Below, in pieces: positions 1 through 7,917 of a stretch of 32,667 nucleotides of DNA (positions are counted from its first letter, which is position 1; every line of letters starts with the position of its first letter). Source of the DNA: a virus (lineage: Duplodnaviria; Caudoviricetes); IMG/VR virus record IMGVR_UViG_3300031229_000008, positions 1 to 32,667 of that record. One strand, 5' to 3'. Position numbers and translations under genes: made by a program. The notes under the pieces are model-generated. The model ran no database searches, was not told the origin of the DNA, and worked only from the letters and a program-made list of their open reading frames with translations.

Positions 1-1
1 C

Positions 2-373
2 GACAAGGCACACCTCGCGCCAGGCGCCATCGACTGCCCCGAGTGCGACCGCGCGTTCCTCACCGAGGACCTGCTCTTCGAGCACGCCGAGGCCGTCCAC
101 ACCTTCGACGACATCCAGCGCCTGGTCGGTGAGGTGGTGCGCGAGAAGTACCACGAGCGCGGCGACTACCGGGCCAACCCGCCGGTGCCCTCGGTCTGGG
201 CCTGGGTCCAGGACCTGGCCACCGACTGGGTCGTGTTCTCCGTGGAGAAGGACGGCGACACCACCCTCTACAAGGCGTCGTACTCCATCACCGACGGCGC
301 GGTCACTCTCGGCGAACCGACCGAGGTGCGCCGTCGGACCGTCTACGAGCCCGTCAAGGAGGAGAAGGACTGA
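2..373 (+). CDS. 5'-truncated phage protein with a C2H2 zinc finger and a C-terminal domain resembling phage head-associated proteins
   Basis: The frame of ORF 134..373 is open from base 2. It reads CPECDRAFLTEDLLFEHAEAVH (35-100), has high GC3, and its TGA overlaps the next ATG. Confidence 0.7.
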   Translation, partial: DKAHLAPGAIDCPECDRAFLTEDLLFEHAEAVHTFDDIQRLVGEVVREKYHERGDYRANPPVPSVWAWVQDLATDWVVFSVEKDGDTTLYKASYSITDGAVTLGEPTEVRRRTVYEPVKEEKD

Positions 374-594
374 TGGCCGACTTCCCGACCTACCAGAAGA
401 ACACCCAGACGCCGACCCAGGAGGTCGACATCACTCCGCCGGCGTTCGATCCGGACGACACCCGTTCGGCCGAGGAACGCTGGATCGACCAGCAGTGGCG
501 CGACGCCGACGCCGTGCGTCTCGGTGCCCGTCACCCATTGTCGATCAACCGCGACTCGGCGAACGTCACCACCGATCCGTACGACCAGATCTGA
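373..594 (+). CDS. hypothetical protein (73 aa)
   Basis: TGATG coupling, AGGA-type RBS upstream, GC3-biased codons. Confidence 0.7.
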   Translation: MADFPTYQKNTQTPTQEVDITPPAFDPDDTRSAEERWIDQQWRDADAVRLGARHPLSINRDSANVTTDPYDQI

Positions 595-608
595 GCCGGA
601 GGTAGGTC

Positions 609-1070
609 ATGCCGGCTGTACCCAAGCCTCTCTACGTCGAGCAGGGGGCGACGTTCTTCCTGGGCTTCAACTGGCATCGCCAGGCGGTGGACGAGGCCGG
701 CAACCCGATCCTGGACGCGGAGGGCAACCCGGTCCCCGGAGCGCCCTACGACCTCGCCGGCTGCACCGCACGCATGCAGATTCGCAAGAGACTCGGCGAC
801 CCCGTCCTGGTGACCGCGACGTCCGCCTCCTCGGGAGAGGGAGCGGAACGGATCAAGCTGGAGCCCGACCGGATCGATGAGCCCACCGGGCGGATCGAGA
901 TCACCCTGACCGATGAGGACACCAACAAGCTGGACCTCAAGGCGGCGGTCTACGACCTCGAGATCGAATGGCTGGCGAAGGCTGGCGAGCTCCGGCCGCA
1001 CGTCGACCGACTGCTGCAGGGTTCGGTCACGGTCGACCTCAACGTGACGCGTGAGGAGGTCGCTACATGA
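609..1070 (+). CDS. virion beta-sandwich protein (BppU/LtfC-like fibre adaptor)
   Basis: Pattern YVEQGATF...YDLAGCTARMQIR...GRIEITL...YDLEI...LLQGSVTV is typical of small phage fibre adaptors; GGAGG RBS. Confidence 0.7.
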   Translation: MPAVPKPLYVEQGATFFLGFNWHRQAVDEAGNPILDAEGNPVPGAPYDLAGCTARMQIRKRLGDPVLVTATSASSGEGAERIKLEPDRIDEPTGRIEITLTDEDTNKLDLKAAVYDLEIEWLAKAGELRPHVDRLLQGSVTVDLNVTREEVAT

Positions 1071-1546
1071 GCCTGCTCGTCTTCGATGACGCCGTGGAGA
1101 CGCTCACCGACGATGGGTTCGGGCACTCGTTCGTCCTCATCGAGGGCGAGCGCGACGTCTTCGTCTTCGACGCCGACCGCCACGCCGAGCAGGTCGAAGA
1201 GCCGGAGACCGGGGACTTCATCATCTTCGACGCCCCGGCACCGGCGACACAGACTCTCACCTCTCCCCAGGATCTCCTCCTGGTCGACGCGCCAAAGAAG
1301 CCGGCCGTGGTGCAGATGGCCGACAGTCCCGAGGACGTCCTGATCATCACCGCCGGCGGCCCCCCCGGCCCGGCCGGCCCCCAGGGCGAGAAGGGGGAAC
1401 GGGGGGATCCAGGGCCCGACACCCTCGAATGGGTCGAGATCCACGCGCAGCAGACGACCAACGTCCACGGGATCACCGACACCTCGATCCTGGTCACCGA
1501 CGACGCGCCCGACATGACTCTGATCTTCGAGAACGGACTGGTGTGA
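1067..1546 (+). CDS. acidic fibre-associated protein with short collagen-like stretch
   Basis: GPPGPAGPQGEKGERGDPGP (G-X-Y repeats); ATGA overlap; GAGGAGG RBS. Confidence 0.75.
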   Translation: MSLLVFDDAVETLTDDGFGHSFVLIEGERDVFVFDADRHAEQVEEPETGDFIIFDAPAPATQTLTSPQDLLLVDAPKKPAVVQMADSPEDVLIITAGGPPGPAGPQGEKGERGDPGPDTLEWVEIHAQQTTNVHGITDTSILVTDDAPDMTLIFENGLV

Positions 1547-1550
1547 TCGC

Positions 1551-2918
1551 ATGAGCCTGGTAACCAACCTCTCCAACGCCTTCACCCGCGTTGCCACCGA
1601 GAACAAGACGCTGCGGACACTGCTCAACGGGAACAGCGCCGACAACGCCGCCCTGACCACCACCGCCAAGGCCAACCTGGTGGCCGCCATTAACGAGCTG
1701 GACGCCGCCATCGACGACCTGGCGGCGGGCGGCTCGGCCGCCACCCTGGACGAGCTGACCGACGTGGTGATCACCACGGCCGCCGCCGGGCACATTCTGC
1801 GCCACTCGGGCACCGAGTGGGTCAACGTCGACGGGGCCACGGTCTACCAGCCTCTGGACTCCGACCTGACCAACATCGCGGCCCTCAGCACCACCACCTA
1901 CGGCCGGGCCTTCCTCACCCTGGCGAACCAGGCCGGCCTGATGACCCTGATCCAGGCCGCCTCGGAGACCGTGCAGGGCAAGGTGGAGCTGGCGACGGCC
2001 ACCGAGACGCAGACCGGCACCGACACCGCACGCGCCACCCACCCGGCCGGAGTGAAGTCCGCGATCGATGCCGCGATCTCCACCGCGTCCGGCAACTACC
2101 AGCCCGTGGACTCCGATCTCACCGCCATCGCGGGACTGGCCACCACCACCTACGGTCGGACACTGCTCACCCTGGCCGACCAGGCCGCGTTGATGGGCCT
2201 CGTCGCATCGGCCACCACCACAGCCCAGGGAAAGGTGGAACTGGCCACCACGGCCGAGGCGACGGCGGGGACGGACACCACCCGCGCGATCACGGCCGCC
2301 GGCCTCAAGAGCGCCATCGACGCGGTCAACCTGGACCGCCTCTCCGACGTGGTGATCACGACGCCGGGCGCCGGGCATATTCTCCGCCACGATGGCACGA
2401 CCGGCTTCGTCAACGTCGACGGCGCCACGATCTACCAGCCCCTGGATTCCGACCTCACCGCCATCGCCGGCATCGCGACCACCGCGTACGGTCGCGGCTT
2501 CCTGGCCTTGGCCGACCAGGCCGCCCTGAAGGCCCTGCTCCCCACCGGCACGGAGACCGCCACCGGCCTGCTCGAGCTGGCCACCGCCGCCGAGGCCACC
2601 ACCGGCACCGACACCACCAGGGCCGTTCACCCGGCCGGCCTGAAGGCCGTGGTGGATGAACGGCTCAACGCCCTGATCGACTCGGCCCCGGGCACCCTGG
2701 ACACGCTCAACGAGCTGGCCGCCGCCCTCGGTGACGACCCGAACTTCGCGACGAGCGTCAACACCGCGCTCGCCAACCGGGTCCGGGTGGACGCCGCCCA
2801 GACGTTCACCTCACTCCAGCAGGCACAGGGCCGCGACAACATCGGGGCCGCCTCCGCAGCGGATGTCGGAGACACCACCACGAACTTCGTGGCCACCTTC
2901 GAGGCGGGCCTGGTATGA
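1551..2918 (+). CDS. fibre protein with internal repeats (455 aa)
   Basis: Ala/Thr-rich; three GxxELATxxExxxGTD repeats; APGTLDTLNELAAALGDDPNFAT motif common in phage fibres. Confidence 0.85.
   Translation: MSLVTNLSNAFTRVATENKTLRTLLNGNSADNAALTTTAKANLVAAINELDAAIDDLAAGGSAATLDELTDVVITTAAAGHILRHSGTEWVNVDGATVYQPLDSDLTNIAALSTTTYGRAFLTLANQAGLMTLIQAASETVQGKVELATATETQTGTDTARATHPAGVKSAIDAAISTASGNYQPVDSDLTAIAGLATTTYGRTLLTLADQAALMGLVASATTTAQGKVELATTAEATAGTDTTRAITAAGLKSAIDAVNLDRLSDVVITTPGAGHILRHDGTTGFVNVDGATIYQPLDSDLTAIAGIATTAYGRGFLALADQAALKALLPTGTETATGLLELATAAEATTGTDTTRAVHPAGLKAVVDERLNALIDSAPGTLDTLNELAAALGDDPNFATSVNTALANRVRVDAAQTFTSLQQAQGRDNIGAASAADVGDTTTNFVATFEAGLV
1746..2649 (+). repeat. three imperfect intragenic repeats in the fibre gene
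   Basis: YQPxDSDLT...YGR...ELAT...GTD units begin at 1845, 2097 and 2433; the LDxLxDVVITT...GHILRH...VNVDGAT module occurs twice (1746, 2331). Confidence 0.9.
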
Positions 2919-3442
2919 GCCTGGTTGACAAGGTGAACGATCTCGCCACCCGCCTCGCGACGGAGATCAACGCCATCCGGACCGAGCCCCTGGACCACCT
3001 CACGATCACAGGCACCGAAGATGTCGGAACTGGACCCGTCGCCCCCGGCAGCGAACCCCCGCTACGGATCGGGAACGTCAACGGGGTCCACCTCCGGGCA
3101 GACGGCAACGAGTTGCAGTCAATGTCCAACAACGACACCCCCGGCGCGCTCGGGATCAATGTCAACGGCGGCAATATCCGCATCGGTCAGGGTCGACAGG
3201 TCAGGGCCTTCGACTTCGGGTACATGGTGCAGAACACCGACTCCAACAGCCGCATCACCGTCACCCACGTCATGGGCATGGTCCCGACCACCGTGGTGGC
3301 TACGTCGGCCAACAACCACGTGGTGCGCGTGTTCAGCACCAACTCCAACACGTTCACCCTAGAGCTGCGGAACACGGCCACCGGAGCCCTGGTGGGCCAA
3401 GGGTTCACCTGCTCCGTCCATTGGTTTTGCATCGCTGTTTGA
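2915..3442 (+). CDS. putative fibre tip / receptor-binding protein
   Basis: N-terminus resembles that of 1551..2918; beta-rich C-terminal domain ending VHWFCIAV like fibre-tip domains; ATGA overlap. Confidence 0.65.
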   Translation: MSLVDKVNDLATRLATEINAIRTEPLDHLTITGTEDVGTGPVAPGSEPPLRIGNVNGVHLRADGNELQSMSNNDTPGALGINVNGGNIRIGQGRQVRAFDFGYMVQNTDSNSRITVTHVMGMVPTTVVATSANNHVVRVFSTNSNTFTLELRNTATGALVGQGFTCSVHWFCIAV

Positions 3443-3468
3443 TCATTTTCAACTAGAGGAGTATTCCC

Positions 3469-3750
3469 TTGTCGTATCAGTCGATTGTTGAGATGGCCGG
3501 CTCGTCCAGCCTCATTTACCGCATCGCCGCCGCTGCCGCCGCCGAAGGCCAGTCGGACGCCCTGGGCTGGGCCCAGACCCGCATCTGGCGTTTGGCTGGC
3601 AGCCCCGGGTGGGCCGACACCTGGGCCTATGCAGTTGACACTGCAACGATCAACATCAACCCCGACACGGGCAAGCGCTCCGACGTAATCACCGACGCAA
3701 TGCTCCTGTCGGCGGTACAGGCCCTCCGCACGGAGGAGAGCCAGCCGTAG
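3469..3750 (+). CDS. hypothetical phage protein following fibre genes
   Basis: GAGGAG RBS before TTG; 93 aa; followed by a hairpin. Confidence 0.7.
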   Translation: MSYQSIVEMAGSSSLIYRIAAAAAAEGQSDALGWAQTRIWRLAGSPGWADTWAYAVDTATININPDTGKRSDVITDAMLLSAVQALRTEESQP

Positions 3751-3764
3751 CCGTAGGCCAGCGA

Positions 3765-3804
3765 ACTGTCACGGGCGCCGGGGGAGAGGGGCGCCCGTGA
3801 CAGT
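3765..3804. terminator. 15-bp perfect inverted repeat, possible bidirectional terminator
   Basis: actgtcacgggcgcc (3765-3779) / ggcgcccgtgacagt (3790-3804), 10-nt loop, no U-tract, between convergent ORFs. Confidence 0.6.
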
Positions 3805-3842
3805 CAGGCAACCAGTCGTGGACTGGGCCCTTGACGAGCAGC

Positions 3843-3998
3843 TCATTTGTCGTCCTGCTCGTCCAGGGTCACGGTGATGGGGTCCGGCTCCAGCAGGTCG
3901 TCCCAATACTCGGGGCCCACGCGGAGCGGGTGCCTATCACTCACCCAGAAGCCGAGCTGGAGCCAGAGTGATCGGGCTTCCTTCTCGTCCAAGACCAC
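3843..3998 (-). CDS. putative small antisense-strand protein (~51 aa; start uncertain)
   Basis: Manual translation VVLDEKEARSLWLQLGFWVSDRHPLRVGPEYWDDLLEPDPITVTLDEQDDK; GC3-biased on the minus strand. Confidence 0.4.
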   Translation of the reverse strand: MVLDEKEARSLWLQLGFWVSDRHPLRVGPEYWDDLLEPDPITVTLDEQDDK

Positions 3999-4134
3999 CG
4001 TGTGCTCGATGTCCTCCCGGTCGCCCCGTCGCTCTCCCGCCTGGCTATCCGAACACCACCCGAGCCGAAGCCTCTTGGACGAAAGGTTGAAGCAAGGAGA
4101 TTACGCGACAGGGGAGCTGACGGACATGTTGGGC

Positions 4135-4317
4135 ATGGATACCGATAAGTTCATTGAAGGGGCCGACGCGCTGGTACGGATGGCGGACGCCCTGGAGCGG
4201 CTCGCCGATGTGGCCGAGCGCGTCCTCGCGGAGGAGGACGGGCGGGACGTGCACGTCCACGTTTCCAGGAACGGATCCTGGCTCGACGCCGAAGGCTCCC
4301 CTCAGGCGATGCAGTGA
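4135..4317 (+). CDS. hypothetical protein (~60 aa)
   Basis: C-terminal part of ORF 3847..4317 (MDTDKFIEGADALVRMADALERLA...); alternative ATG at 4126. Confidence 0.55.
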   Translation: MDTDKFIEGADALVRMADALERLADVAERVLAEEDGRDVHVHVSRNGSWLDAEGSPQAMQ

Positions 4318-4324
4318 TCGCCTG

Positions 4325-4348
4325 AATCGGACGGGCGTCTGGGTCGAT
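4325..4348 (+). promoter_or_regulatory. repeated intergenic motif, copy 1 (candidate late promoter)
   Basis: aatcggacgggcgtctgggtCGAT, 8 nt before ATG 4357 with no RBS. Confidence 0.6.
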
Positions 4349-4356
4349 CACCGAGC

Positions 4357-5193
4357 ATGGACACCCTGGTTCTTGAGCGAGGTCAGAGCAACTATCTCGT
4401 CAACGTGGCACGCCTGGTGCGCTCGGAGGCCGATGTGTCCTCCGACCTGGCAGAGGCGGTCGCCGACGACTCCTGGCAGATCGACAAGGCGAACCCGTTC
4501 ATCCAGTGGATCGCCGGCGACTTCGCCGAGGCGGAGAACCCCAACTCCAACACCCAGTATTGGACCGCCGGCGACCTCGAGCTCGCCGAGTACTCGATCC
4601 GGTACGCCCCGCTGAACATGGTGCACAAGTTCCGCCAGCCGATCGGCTTCTACGCCGCGACCAAGGTGGTGAAGCTCGACAAGAAGGACGAGGCGGCCAC
4701 GCTGAAGAAGCCCGAGGAGGCCCAGGGGTCGCTGAAGATCCAGGCCCTCTCCGGGCTGTGGAGCCACATCTTCCCGTTCGAGGCCGCCCAGGTGGAGGCC
4801 GCCGACGACGCGGGGCTGCTGTTCTACTCCATGGAGTGCCGGGGCACCCACCTGATCTGCGGCACCGACGAGGCCAAGGGGCTGAAGGGCTGCGGCCAGA
4901 AGTTCGACTACATGCAGGTCGACACCCACTGTGAGCACCTGCTGGAGCGTTCCTCGGTGCGGCACATCGTCAGTCCCACCTTTCGGGGCGGAGCGATCAT
5001 CGTGCCCCCGGTCCGTCCGGGCTGGAAGAAGGCGCACGCCTCGGTGCTGGAGGAGGCTGTCATGCAGGAGGCGGCCAGCTACGCCGAGCAGAACGAGAAG
5101 GCCTACAACCAGCTGACCAATGACGGCGTGGACATCTCCGCCAGCGCTTGGGAGCAGCTGATGGCGATGGCGATCCAGGGTGCGCGCGCGTGA
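4357..5193 (+). CDS. capsid maturation (prohead) protease
   Basis: NSN...PLNMVH...IG, YSMEC and FRGGAII...P motifs fit HK97/herpes-fold proteases; lies upstream of scaffold and capsid. Confidence 0.7.
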   Translation: MDTLVLERGQSNYLVNVARLVRSEADVSSDLAEAVADDSWQIDKANPFIQWIAGDFAEAENPNSNTQYWTAGDLELAEYSIRYAPLNMVHKFRQPIGFYAATKVVKLDKKDEAATLKKPEEAQGSLKIQALSGLWSHIFPFEAAQVEAADDAGLLFYSMECRGTHLICGTDEAKGLKGCGQKFDYMQVDTHCEHLLERSSVRHIVSPTFRGGAIIVPPVRPGWKKAHASVLEEAVMQEAASYAEQNEKAYNQLTNDGVDISASAWEQLMAMAIQGARA

Positions 5194-5223
5194 AGAAGTA
5201 ACCATCGAGGGAGAGGGATCGCC

Positions 5224-5367
5224 ATGCTGTTCTTGCTCTGGCTTCTGGCCGTGATTCTCGTGGTCTGGGGGGTTGTGTCCATTCTGCGCGGGGAGGTCAT
5301 CCTCGGCGTCGTGCTGATCATCGTGGGCCTGCTGGTAGGACCTGGAGGGGTCAGCATCTTCAACTGA
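5224..5367 (+). CDS. GPGG-motif small membrane protein (47 aa)
   Basis: MLFLLWLLAVILVVWGVVSILRGEVILGVVLIIVGLLVGPGGVSIFN: two hydrophobic segments and a terminal GPGG; GAGGG RBS; absent from the ORF track. Confidence 0.85.
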   Translation: MLFLLWLLAVILVVWGVVSILRGEVILGVVLIIVGLLVGPGGVSIFN

Positions 5368-5372
5368 AACTC

Positions 5373-5396
5373 ATTCCGAACGTCCGTCCATCCGAT
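5373..5396 (+). promoter_or_regulatory. repeated intergenic motif, copy 2
   Basis: attccgaacgtccgtccatcCGAT, 8 nt before ATG 5405. Confidence 0.65.
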
Positions 5397-5404
5397 CACC
5401 GGGC

Positions 5405-5554
5405 ATGGACCACAAGCGCACGGACACGGCCAACGAGCCGGTCGACCACGACGAGTTCATGGACACCGGAGTCCTGCACGAGGTCTACACGCCGTGCGTC
5501 GGCAAGTCGTGCACGCTCCCCCATCCGCATCCCACCCCTCAGGAGGGCAAGTGA
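5405..5554 (+). CDS. small hypothetical protein (49 aa) with Cys/His cluster
   Basis: MDHKRTDTANEPVDHDEFMDTGVLHEVYTPCVGKSCTLPHPHPTPQEGK; GTGA overlap with next gene. Confidence 0.6.
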   Translation: MDHKRTDTANEPVDHDEFMDTGVLHEVYTPCVGKSCTLPHPHPTPQEGK

Positions 5555-5808
5555 GCGGCCAGCGAGACATCGGGCACTACCTCGAAGTCCCCGAAGACCA
5601 GCGCCAGGACGTCGACTCGCCGCCGGAGTACAACGCGGACGCCGGCTTCGACATCGAGGTGGTCCCCGACGGCGAGTATGTCGAGTTGTCCACCGCCGAC
5701 CCTATCGAGCCCCTGGCGGCCGATGACGAGGAGGACGAGGACGACGGCGACGGTGCGCCGCTCCACTTCCTGTCCCCCTATGACCCGGAAGGGACGGAGG
5801 AGGACTGA
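5551..5808 (+). CDS. highly acidic hypothetical protein (85 aa)
   Basis: GTG at 5551 with AGGAGG RBS; TGATG coupling to the endolysin. Confidence 0.7.
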   Translation: MSGQRDIGHYLEVPEDQRQDVDSPPEYNADAGFDIEVVPDGEYVELSTADPIEPLAADDEEDEDDGDGAPLHFLSPYDPEGTEED

Positions 5809-6464
5809 TGAGCTTTCCAACATGGGAGCGGTCGCTCCACTGCTCAGGGTCCGCCACGCCGGGTGCCCAGGCGCTGATGCGATGGATTATCGAGACCTAC
5901 GGGCCCAAGGGCGCCCAGAACTGGGGCATCTACAACTGCCGGAATGTGCGTGGCGGCGCCACGACCAGCGCCCACGGTGAGGGACGCGCCCTCGACGTCG
6001 GCTTCCCGGTCGGCGACCCGGACGGGGACCGGCTACTGCAGCGGCTGCTCAAGCGGCCCGGCCGGCTCGGCATCCAGGCCATCATCTACGAGCGCCGGAT
6101 CTACTCGAAACTCTCCCCCGCCGGTCGCCCGTACACCGGCTGGCACCCGCACCACGACCACCTGCATATCGAGCTGACCCGTGAGGCGGCTCGCGATCTC
6201 AGCTACGTGACGGTCAAGCGGATTCTCACGCCGCCTTCCCGGCGTGCCGGCCAGCGCGACCTTTGGAAGGGTCTGCGGGGCCCCGACGTGCGCTGGCTGC
6301 AACGCAAGCTCTCCATCCAGGCCGACGGCATCTTCGGTCCCAAGACCAAGGAGGCGGTGCTGCGGTACGAGCGGCGACGCAACGGCAAGCCGTACAAGCT
6401 CAGGGTCGACGGCACGGTCGGTCGCCAGACCTGGCGATCGCTCGGCGTGAAGCCCATGTACTGA
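5808..6464 (+). CDS. endolysin-like protein: M15-type Zn peptidase plus peptidoglycan-binding domain
   Basis: SAHGEGRALD (S-x-H...D) and HHDHLHIE motifs; C-terminal GPDVRWLQ...DGIFGPKT...DGTVGRQTW PG-binding repeats. Confidence 0.85.
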   Translation: MSFPTWERSLHCSGSATPGAQALMRWIIETYGPKGAQNWGIYNCRNVRGGATTSAHGEGRALDVGFPVGDPDGDRLLQRLLKRPGRLGIQAIIYERRIYSKLSPAGRPYTGWHPHHDHLHIELTREAARDLSYVTVKRILTPPSRRAGQRDLWKGLRGPDVRWLQRKLSIQADGIFGPKTKEAVLRYERRRNGKPYKLRVDGTVGRQTWRSLGVKPMY

Positions 6465-6485
6465 CCCCGCGACAGCCATATTCAG

Positions 6486-6519
6486 GCGCCCCCCGGATGA
6501 CCTCCGGGGGGCGCTTTGT
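6486..6519 (+). terminator. intrinsic terminator
   Basis: gcgccccccgga / tccggggggcgc 12-bp stem followed by tttgt. Confidence 0.75.
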
Positions 6520-6530
6520 CGTCTGAGTTC

Positions 6531-6554
6531 AATCCGGACGGCCGTCTGAACGAT
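6531..6554 (+). promoter_or_regulatory. repeated intergenic motif, copy 3
   Basis: aatccggacggccgtctgaaCGAT directly after a terminator, 9 nt before GTG 6564. Confidence 0.65.
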
Positions 6555-6563
6555 GCCCGTCAC

Positions 6564-7355
6564 GTGGACACGGCGGCAGCTCGACGGATGCACGACGAGC
6601 TCCTGGCCTCCCGGCCAGAGGGCGCGTCGCACAACGCCGACATCTGTGCGTTTTGCGTGGATCAAGCCACGCAGGACGCGTCCACGGCGTCCCGGAACCC
6701 TCCCGCCGATGGCGGTCCGGACGTGTCTGAAACCCAGCCAGTCCCCGACGAACACGGAGGGAGGGACACCCACCCGATGAGCGACATGATCAGCAAGGAA
6801 ACGCACGAGGCCCTGCTGGCCAAGGCGGTTTCTGACGCCACCTCCGCGACGGAGAAGGCGCTGGATGCCAAGACCCTGGAAAGCAAGGACCTCGCTGCAA
6901 CAGTCGAGAAGCTCGAGGCGGACAACGCCGGCCTGAAGGCCGACAACGAACGCCTCAACGGTGATCTCGACACCGCGCAGGTGAGCCTGAAGGCCGCCAA
7001 CGAGAAGGTGACCCAGCTCGAGGCCGACATCGCAGCGAAGGACGAGCAGGCCGCCAAGGCCGAGGTCGCTTCGAAGCGGGCCGAGCAGGTCAAGAACCTC
7101 AAGCTCTACGACGACGAGTACGTCACTGAGCGTGCGTCCGCATGGGCGGAGCTGACCGATGAGGCCTGGGAGCAGCGCCTTGAGGAGTGGTCGAAGCTCA
7201 AGCCCGTCGCGGACGCCTCCCCCAGTTCCGACGCCGCCTCGGCGATGTCGGGCACCTCCGGCGATCTGACCAAGGAGCCCGACTCCACGGACACCGCCGG
7301 CAGCCAGAAGTCCAAGAAGACCTCGGCACGGCGCGCCGTGCTGGGCCTGTCCTGA
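6564..7355 (+). CDS. capsid scaffolding protein
   Basis: Long coiled coil with basic C-terminus before the capsid genes. Start moved from 6516 to GTG 6564 because of the terminator and promoter motif; possible internal ATG at 6777. Confidence 0.75.
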   Translation: MDTAAARRMHDELLASRPEGASHNADICAFCVDQATQDASTASRNPPADGGPDVSETQPVPDEHGGRDTHPMSDMISKETHEALLAKAVSDATSATEKALDAKTLESKDLAATVEKLEADNAGLKADNERLNGDLDTAQVSLKAANEKVTQLEADIAAKDEQAAKAEVASKRAEQVKNLKLYDDEYVTERASAWAELTDEAWEQRLEEWSKLKPVADASPSSDAASAMSGTSGDLTKEPDSTDTAGSQKSKKTSARRAVLGLS

Positions 7356-7373
7356 GAGGAGGCGGAGTAGTCA

Positions 7374-7901
7374 ATGGCTTACTCGCGCAACTTCGGGATG
7401 CGGTCCTTCGAGAACGTCGTTCGGGACGGGCGCTTCCGGGCCCCGCGCACCGGCACGCCGTTCAAGATCGGCGCTCCCGTCCAGCTCGATGCGGACAACC
7501 CGGGCTTCCTGGAGCCCGCCGCAGCGGCGGCAGCCCCCGGCCCCAACGTCGGGCTCGCCGTCTATGAGCACATCCAGAACAAGTCGGACGCGCTCAGCAC
7601 CGCGTACGACCCGCCCTACGACAGTGTGCCGCTGGGGCAGTACGCCCAGATGATGCACGGCCCGGGCGCCAAGGTGTGGTTCAAGAACACCACCGACAAG
7701 ACGCTCTACGACGGCCGCGTGCAGGTGGCCGGTGGGCTCCTCGCCGACTCGGTGGACGTCTCCACGCTTGCCATTGGCGCCGGGCTCGTCCCGGACGGCG
7801 CCGGCAAGTTCCGCGCCGTTGGCCTCGACGAAAACGCATGGCTCGTCGTCGAGCAGGTCAACCCTTCCGCCGGTCGGGTCGAGGCCCGACTGACCTTCTG
7901 A
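7374..7901 (+). CDS. capsid decoration / cement protein
   Basis: 175 aa, Gly/Ala/Val-rich, between scaffold and major capsid; GGAG RBS. Confidence 0.65.
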   Translation: MAYSRNFGMRSFENVVRDGRFRAPRTGTPFKIGAPVQLDADNPGFLEPAAAAAAPGPNVGLAVYEHIQNKSDALSTAYDPPYDSVPLGQYAQMMHGPGAKVWFKNTTDKTLYDGRVQVAGGLLADSVDVSTLAIGAGLVPDGAGKFRAVGLDENAWLVVEQVNPSAGRVEARLTF

Positions 7902-7917
7902 GAGGAGGAGAAACACC

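Noticed and set aside
3847-4125. N-terminal half of ORF 3847..4317
   Set aside because: Ser-rich; reads as the antisense of a minus-strand frame; real start probably 4126 or 4135.
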